DNA of 56,630 nucleotides from Girardia tigrina (Eukaryota): NCBI GenBank assembly GCA_001938485.1, contig MQRK01228361.1, positions 1 to 56,630 of the forward strand, read 5' to 3'. Shown piece by piece: positions 49,929 to 56,630 of this stretch (position 1 is its first letter; each line of letters starts with the position of its first letter). The notes under the pieces were generated by a model. It saw only the letters and a program-made list of their open reading frames with translations, ran no database searches and was not told where the DNA came from. The position numbers and the translations under genes were made by a program.

Positions 49929-50659
49929 GTAATTACAATGACAAATCGTGAGAAAATTACGATTTAAATGATCGATAAGATCGAAATCTGTCGGGAAATC
50001 AGTCAAACAAACCGGACAAACAATACGGTCATCATGCACGAGATAAAAATGCTCTAAAATCGATTCAACGCAATCGATTTTCACAAAACAATTGCTTAAT
50101 TTACACAGACAATTCGACGACNNNNNNNNNNNNNNNNNNNNNNNNNNNNNNNNNNNNNNNNNNNNNNNNNNNNNNNNNNNNNNNNNNNNNNNNNNNNNNN
50201 NNNNNNNNNNNNNNNNNNNNNNNNNNNNNNTGTGATTTTGAAAATCGATTTTACATTCGGTGGAAAAACGAGAACATTTTGGACAAATGTAACGATGGAG
50301 ATTTTTTTGTTGAACGGAAATATGATCAAATTTGCCCCACTTAAAAACCGCCATTTCAATTTTTTTTGTTAACAATTTTTGTTCAAATGCTTTTCAGCAA
50401 TTTAAAAACACTCAAGTCTCGAATTCAAAAATTTATTTGCTTGACATTGAAACTGTGATTGATATTCACATTATGACGAAATAATTTCAAAACACACACA
50501 CACGCACAGTATATACACATCACATCTTTTCACCATTGGGTAAACATACACACACATATTTACTTCGACAATCTGATTGGTTAAAAAATCATCCCAATCA
50601 TATTTGCAAATCAAGGCATCAGTGCAATCAACACACTCCATTGTATTAACACATAACAC
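49929..50659 (-). pseudogene. C2H2-type zinc-finger gene fragment
   Basis: Contains CPKC...FQNH and CPVC...F.....LIDHL motifs. A possible upstream exon at 50659-50564 ends at a gtaaat donor. Partly within N-gaps. Confidence 0.55.
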
Positions 50660-50671
50660 ATTTATGAATAA

Positions 50672-51188
50672 CTAGTAAATAACCCGTCATGTATGACGGA
50701 TATAATTATATCGAGTTAAAATTTCAAATAAATTTTCAAGACATTTTTTTTTAAAATTCATTTGTTTTCCACATTTAATCATTAGAAATAAGTGTCTTCA
50801 CAAAATTTCTTTATAAAATATATTTTTGGTAAATACTCGTTCATTATTCAGTAAATTACCCTTTTGAGAAGTTGCCATTGTTGAAAATCCTACCGAAAAA
50901 TATAATGAATGAAAAATGTTGAATTCCAAAAGGCCAANNNNNNNNNNNNNNNNNNNNNNNNNNNNNNNNNNNNNNNNNNNNNNNNNNNNNNNNNNNNNNN
51001 NNNNNNNNNNNNNNNNNNNNNNNNNNNNNNNNNNNNNNNNNNNNNNNNNNNNNNNNNNNNNNNNNNNNNNTCCATATGAATTATTATTAATATAAATATC
51101 TACTTACAATTGTAAGTAGATAATATGAGCGTTCTTGACAGCGTTAGTGAGGCAGGCAGTGAGTGACTTGGGCTTTTATAAGATAAGA
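50672..51188 (-). mobile_element. Non-autonomous Helitron
   Basis: A|CTAG at 50672, perfect hairpin ccgtcat-gt-atgacgg near 50683-50699, and GA|T at 51187-51189. This is a TC...CTAG element on the minus strand inserted at AT. Confidence 0.8.
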
Positions 51189-54100
51189 TCATTCAATAAA
51201 TTGTAGTTATGAAGAATTTCGGTAATCGATTGGGATATCGTAATAACAATTACAGCAATAATAATAGTGCTAATAATAATAATGTCGAGTTTATTTCGGA
51301 TGCCAGACAATTTTTATCGGCCAAACGTAACACCAATAATGCTAACAGCACGAATAATAATTATAACGGCAAATAAAAGCGAAAATCGACTCATATGGTA
51401 TTTGCATCATCACAAAACCATATGAACGTGATGATTTCATATTCACCTATTTATATATATTTATATATTTTATTTAATTTAATGATTTAATTTTTTTTAC
51501 ATTTATTTATTTTAATTATTTAATTTTATTTTAATTTTCCTTAATTAATTATTTTAATTAAATTATTTAAAATATTGATTTTATTTTAACAAATGGGTTC
51601 AAAAAATGAGTAAAAATGGAATCGCAACGCGACCACAACCCTAATTCTAATGAAAGACACAAATAATCCAAGCTTTATATTGTTGATTCCACACAAGCGC
51701 TTTCCATTCGAAATCGACATAATGCAAATGTCGATTGCCCTGCAGAAATTTTGAACAAAATCGATAAGTTTTTCAGACAATACAACCGATTGACTCAAAC
51801 CCATCACATGATTCGAGAGATAGAGAATTATGAGAGAGAAGCTACTATTTCCGCAAATCTTCCTGTACCTTAAATATGTTTAGTCTTCCGACGCGATCGA
51901 AATTCAGGCAATAGGTAATTCAAAAACCCTACAACTAACGGAATTGCAAGGGTTTTCGTTGGTGCGTCTTCATTTGAGCGGGATATTCCCATTTATCCAC
52001 GCAATTCCCTAGACTCTCACCAGCAATTTTTCCAAATTAACATTTTAAGCCAAAATCTGGATCTAATGACATACGTTCTTCTCCATTCTTATGGAGAACC
52101 AGGTTGGCAGGATTTTTCAGGCGTTAAGGCAAATAGAGTTCGTTCAAAAGTGTCAATGCTTCAAGACAAGGTCACTTAAAAAGCAATTTGCTGGAAAAAT
52201 AACTCAGCAGTGGTTGGTCGATTTATACCGAAAAGTTGAGGTAAATAATCTAAATTTCATTCGATATCATCAATTTAAATTGCGTAGTGAATTGTACAAA
52301 GGTCTAATGGACCACATGCAGCAGCAGATCATAACGTAGCGGCTGTCGTTCCAGTCATTCTTCCATCATCATTTGGAGGTTCTTCATTTAACACGTGGGA
52401 AATGTGAAGTGACGCTATGGCAATTTTTGCAAAACATGGTGCACTAGACGTATTTGTAACGTTCACAGCAAATCCAAACTGACCTGAAATCTCTCCAAAT
52501 TTAAATTCATGGTGAAACTGTTTCGGATCGACCAGATTTAGTTGCACGTGTATTCAAAATCAAACTGGAATCATTGATTGATGAGCTCACAAAGCATGGA
52601 ATCTTTGGAAAATGCCTTACATACATCTACACGATTGAATTTCGAAAAAGAGAACTTCCAAATGCGCACATATTAATAACCTTACGTGATGAAGACAAAT
52701 TTAATACTTCCGATCGCACCAACACATATTTTTGGGCTGAGGTTCCTACTGCAAGTGAACCTCCAAAACTTCGTGAATTGGTTTTAAAGAACGTGATGCA
52801 TGGGCCTTGAGTTGTGATAAAACTTCAGTACCATGTATGAAAAACAATAAATGTAAAGAGAATTTTCCAAAGGAGTTTTGTGATTTCAAATGTTTAAGGC
52901 CATCCAGTTTATCGACGACGACAAGGAGAGCGTGCCATGATACGAGGTATTATGATGGATAATCGTTCAATTGTCCCATACAATCCCTTTCTTCTCCTCA
53001 AATGTGACACACACATCAACACTGAAATATGTACCTCAGTTAATGCTGTCAAATATATTTACAAGTAAATATTCAAGTAACTTCAGATGGCAATCTGCAA
53101 TTTAAATATGATTAGATCACTAATTATCTCTTTTGTCACTATGTTAGTGCTCCTGAAGCCATTTACCGATTGCTAAAGTCAAAAATGAATAATCACTTCC
53201 ATACATTTATGAGCCTGTCTGTTCACCTTCCCGATCAGAAACGGATTTTCTTCAAAGATTGAAGAGAAGAAGAAGCTATATTAGACACTCAGAACAAAAT
53301 GACAAAATTAGAAGTATTTTTAAAGCTTAATGAAACATATGACGATACGTGATTCAATATTTCAATTCAATATTTCAATATTCAATTTTCTACACGGAAA
53401 TTCCTATTAATTATGTTTATGCACCAAATTAAAGGAAGAAGCGACAACTTGAAGCAAATAAAGTTGTTGAACGATTCTTTTCTTTTAACCCACAAGATGA
53501 AGAACGTTTTCATTTGCATCTACTTTTGCTGCATGTTAAAGGCCCAAAAACTTTTGAGAATGTAAGAACACACGAAGGGAAAGTTTATCCATCATTCAAA
53601 GCTACTACCCTTTCTCATGGACCTCTTGAGTCTGATCAAGAGTGGATTAGATGCTTGGAAGAAGCTGTTACATTTCAAAAGACTTGACAACTTCGCGACA
53701 CATATGCGAAAAACATATTTTATGTTTTTGTCAGCATGCACAACCTATTGAGCTTTGGGAAAAATTCAAAAATGATTTTGCGTTGGATTTCTTACATTCA
53801 ATGGAAATTCTTAATGCTCATAATTATGCATTGCTCGAAATTGAGAATACTTTAAAAGTGCATGGAATGAGTTGTCAGTATTTTGGCCTTCCAAAACCTC
53901 AAGGTAATCCTCAAAATGAAGACTCTCCATATGAAATTGACCAAGAAGCGTTCATAGGTCAAACGAATATTGAGAAATTCAACGATAAGCAACAGGGGGA
54001 TGAAATGAGAGATGCTCTAGATTCAATAGATATGATTTCCGATTGCTTTTATCTCGATGGACCGGGGGGGGGATCGGGAAAAACATTCCTATATACAACG

Positions 54101-54361
54101 ATATTATCGTTCGTTAGAAGTCATGATTAAAAAGCACTTCTATTTGCAACTACAGGGATTGCAGTAACTCTTTTGAAAGATGGAAGAACGGTTCATAATG
54201 GATTCAAGCTTCCTGTATTTCTTGATGATCAATCAGTCTCTGGAATACGACTAAACTCCAAAGAAGTTGAACAATTGCGAAATGCTGCATTAATTTTGAT
54301 AGATGAGATTACCGTGCTCCTGAAGGATAGATTTCGCTACATCGATAGGTTGCTGAAAGAA

Positions 54362-54500
54362 ATAATGAAGAATGAAATTCCTTTTGGAGGCAAAGTATTT
54401 GTACAGATCCGATAATGAAGAATGAAATTCCTTTTGGAGGCAAGTATTTGTACAGATCCGATAATGAAGAATGAAATTCCTTTTGGAGGCAAAGTATTTG
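54362..54500 (+). repeat. Tandem triplication of a 49-50 bp unit within the Helitron helicase
   Basis: ataatgaagaatgaaattccttttggaggcaaagtatttg occurs three times, separated by tacagatccg. Confidence 0.95.
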
Positions 54501-56630
54501 TTGTTGGTGGTAATTTTCGTCAAACACTTCCTATTGTGCCACATGACAATCGTGCCACAATTCTCAAGCGTTGCATCAAAGCAAGCCAACTATGGCCCAA
54601 TTTCAAACACCTGCAACTAAAAACAAATATGAGGTTCGAAAATCAAGAAGAACATAGTGAATGGCTGTTTAAAGTAGGCGAAGGAATACATATAAAGTTT
54701 TTATTTCTTCGTGATCCTGATCTCATGCAAATACCACCACACATGATCGAGAATGATGATCTTATCGATGCCATTTTTGAGAAAACCTATCAACACTGAG
54801 CAACGAAGAATTATCAAAAAGAGTTATTCTCACAGGTACAAATGCACGAGCGCTTGAAATCAACAGAGAAATCATTCACAAATTGCGTGGTCGAATGAAA
54901 ATATACAATATTGCAGATTCAGTTATCTCAGATGATCCTTCAGATGCTCTCAATTATATCATTGAATATCTAAACTCACTAACCCATTCAGGCATTCCTC
55001 ATCATACATCGCTACTAAAAGATGTACAATTATTATGCTCCTACACAATTTGAATCCTAAAAAGGGACTTTATAATGGTACTCGCATGATAGTCGAAACG
55101 TTTTCACAAAGCACAATTACTGCTCGCATTATCCCTGAATGTAATAGAGGAGATTTAGTGATTATACCAAGAATTATACTTGAACCAAGTGACACAAATT
55201 TGGGATTAATCCTAAGACGACGACAATTCCCTGTAACCCCGGCATTCACAGTAACAATAAATAAATCTCAAAGGCAAACATATTAAAAAGTTGGAGTTGA
55301 TCTCGAACAGCCAGTTTTCAGACATGGTCAATTATATGTTGCATATTCACGTGCTCGCAATGCTAACAAAATTAAAGTCAGAGTTACGCAATTGCCAAAT
55401 CAAGGAAAGTTGATGAAGGATTATCGTGAGCTCACACTTAATGTTGTATTCAATGAGATATTTCAAATGTAATTCACTGAACATGGTTGAGCAATAAAAA
55501 GAATTATGAATACGAGACATTTGAATTTTGGACATTTGTTTCAGTATTATGAAAATATTTCATCCAAATTACTCTTAAACCATAGAGAACTAAATAAATA
55601 ACTGTTTCACAAAGTTGATGATTTTAGGAGACCATATGTTGAAGTTGATGATTCGAGTAAGAAATGCTTTGAATTTTATTAATTTGGTTCATCAGATTCT
55701 TCATTTTTAATCAATACATAGCCTTATCGCCACATTGGAAAGAATGGAATTCAATGCGCATCATTTGATTTTGATCATTTAAGCAACTTTTGACAGATCG
55801 GTAATTCCAATAAGATTCCTTCATTTTTGATTTGAAGCTAATCCAAATCTTAGATGACTTTAAATATGATGTAGAATTTTTATTATCAGCCAGTGATCAA
55901 GTTCAATTAGGACTTGAAGTATTATGTGATGAAGAATCCGAAACAGATCATATCAACATTTCATTAGAATCTCAATTGGAAATGTTTGATGAAGATCATT
56001 TCGAAGACAATCATAATCAGCGTGAAGGATTTATTGGAAATCACCGCAAACAAATTTGAAGTAATCATTCTCAAAAATAATGCAAATAAAATAGCCGTGC
56101 ATATTTTTACTGCAGTATTATCTTTCCAAGGGTCGTCGTGACGTGCAAAAATTTACTAGTTAAAAATAATAGAAAACGATTGACTCTGAACGATCTAAAG
56201 ACATTTAAACTTGAATATGAGAGATGATTTTCGGAATATGAATATTAATAACAAGATTATAAATAAGATATTTAAAATTCCGAAACAATATACTTTTATC
56301 ATAGGTTGGTAGTCATTCGATTATCTTTATAAACATAAATATGATGCATTTAAATTATTGTTCCAAAAGAATTATTCCAACAATTATAATAAAAAAATCA
56401 TTAACACAAAATAAAATATAAAGAACATTTCCCGTAATTTCTTATTTTATAATCTGAACTTAACACACAAGTAAACAAAAGTGCGGTATCATTTTGTATG
56501 GAGGCACTATCCAGCAATAATCTCATACATATAAATTGGAAATGTTGGGAAGTTTTAATTCTTTTCTTCTTTTGATTTATGATTACTCCGCAAAATGAAT
56601 TCTGACTAAATTTATAAACATAAATAAACA

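Larger units (their letters stand above)
49158..51635 (-). mobile_element. LTR-like (TG...CA) insertion carrying host gene fragments
   Basis: 5-bp direct repeat caacc at 49153-49157 and 51636-51640. Removing the insert restores the Helitron frame (TSHLN|PNSNERHK*SKLYIVDS). On the minus strand AATAAA lies about 25 nt before the terminal ACA. Confidence 0.75.
48450..56159 (+). mobile_element. Autonomous-type Helitron (Rep/PIF1 helicase), decayed and interrupted at 49158-51635
   Basis: N-terminal CGDMNITC and SFVSMGA...GRGPYVFKVHG..YHR. Rep motifs FVTFTANPN, IEFRKRELPNAHILI and VKYIYK. Helicase motifs DGPGGGSGKTFLY, LIDEI, GGNFRQTLP, RRQFPVTPAFTVTINKSQ and HGQLYVA. 3' hairpin remnant and CTAG|T at 56156-56160. 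The 5' end is approximate. Confidence 0.95.

Noticed and set aside
1-56630. CRISPR arrays, rRNA or tRNA genes, prokaryotic operons
   Set aside because: None seen. The repeats lack unique spacers, and the only tRNA-related sequence is the Gypsy PBS at 14913.

Overview
This is very AT-rich eukaryotic genomic DNA, most likely from an invertebrate animal, with several N-gaps. Two host genes can be reconstructed by hand with phase-consistent GT-AG splicing and 44-58 nt minimal introns. One is a PP1 glycogen-targeting subunit (PPP1R3-like; RVxF motif plus CBM21; +, 10425-11163). The other is an 8-exon histone stem-loop-binding protein (SLBP; -, 44014-29203) whose three long introns are filled with transposon debris. 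A third, unidentified spliced gene probably lies head-to-head with PPP1R3. Most of the rest is nested, decayed mobile DNA: several mariner/Tc1/pogo elements, hAT elements, piggyBac, Gypsy, solo LTRs with 5-bp TSDs, two Penelope-like elements (one with a minimal hammerhead ribozyme) and a large Rep/PIF1 Helitron. Two items are most unusual. (1) A retroelement remnant has a chuvirus-type (gB-like) viral glycoprotein running in frame into a retropepsin protease (48320-46382, -). (2) A 2.5-kb TG...CA insertion with a 5-bp TSD sits inside the Helitron and carries host gene fragments (ARP6, C2H2 zinc finger, an Asn-rich ORF). All family assignments come from manual motif recognition; no database search was run.
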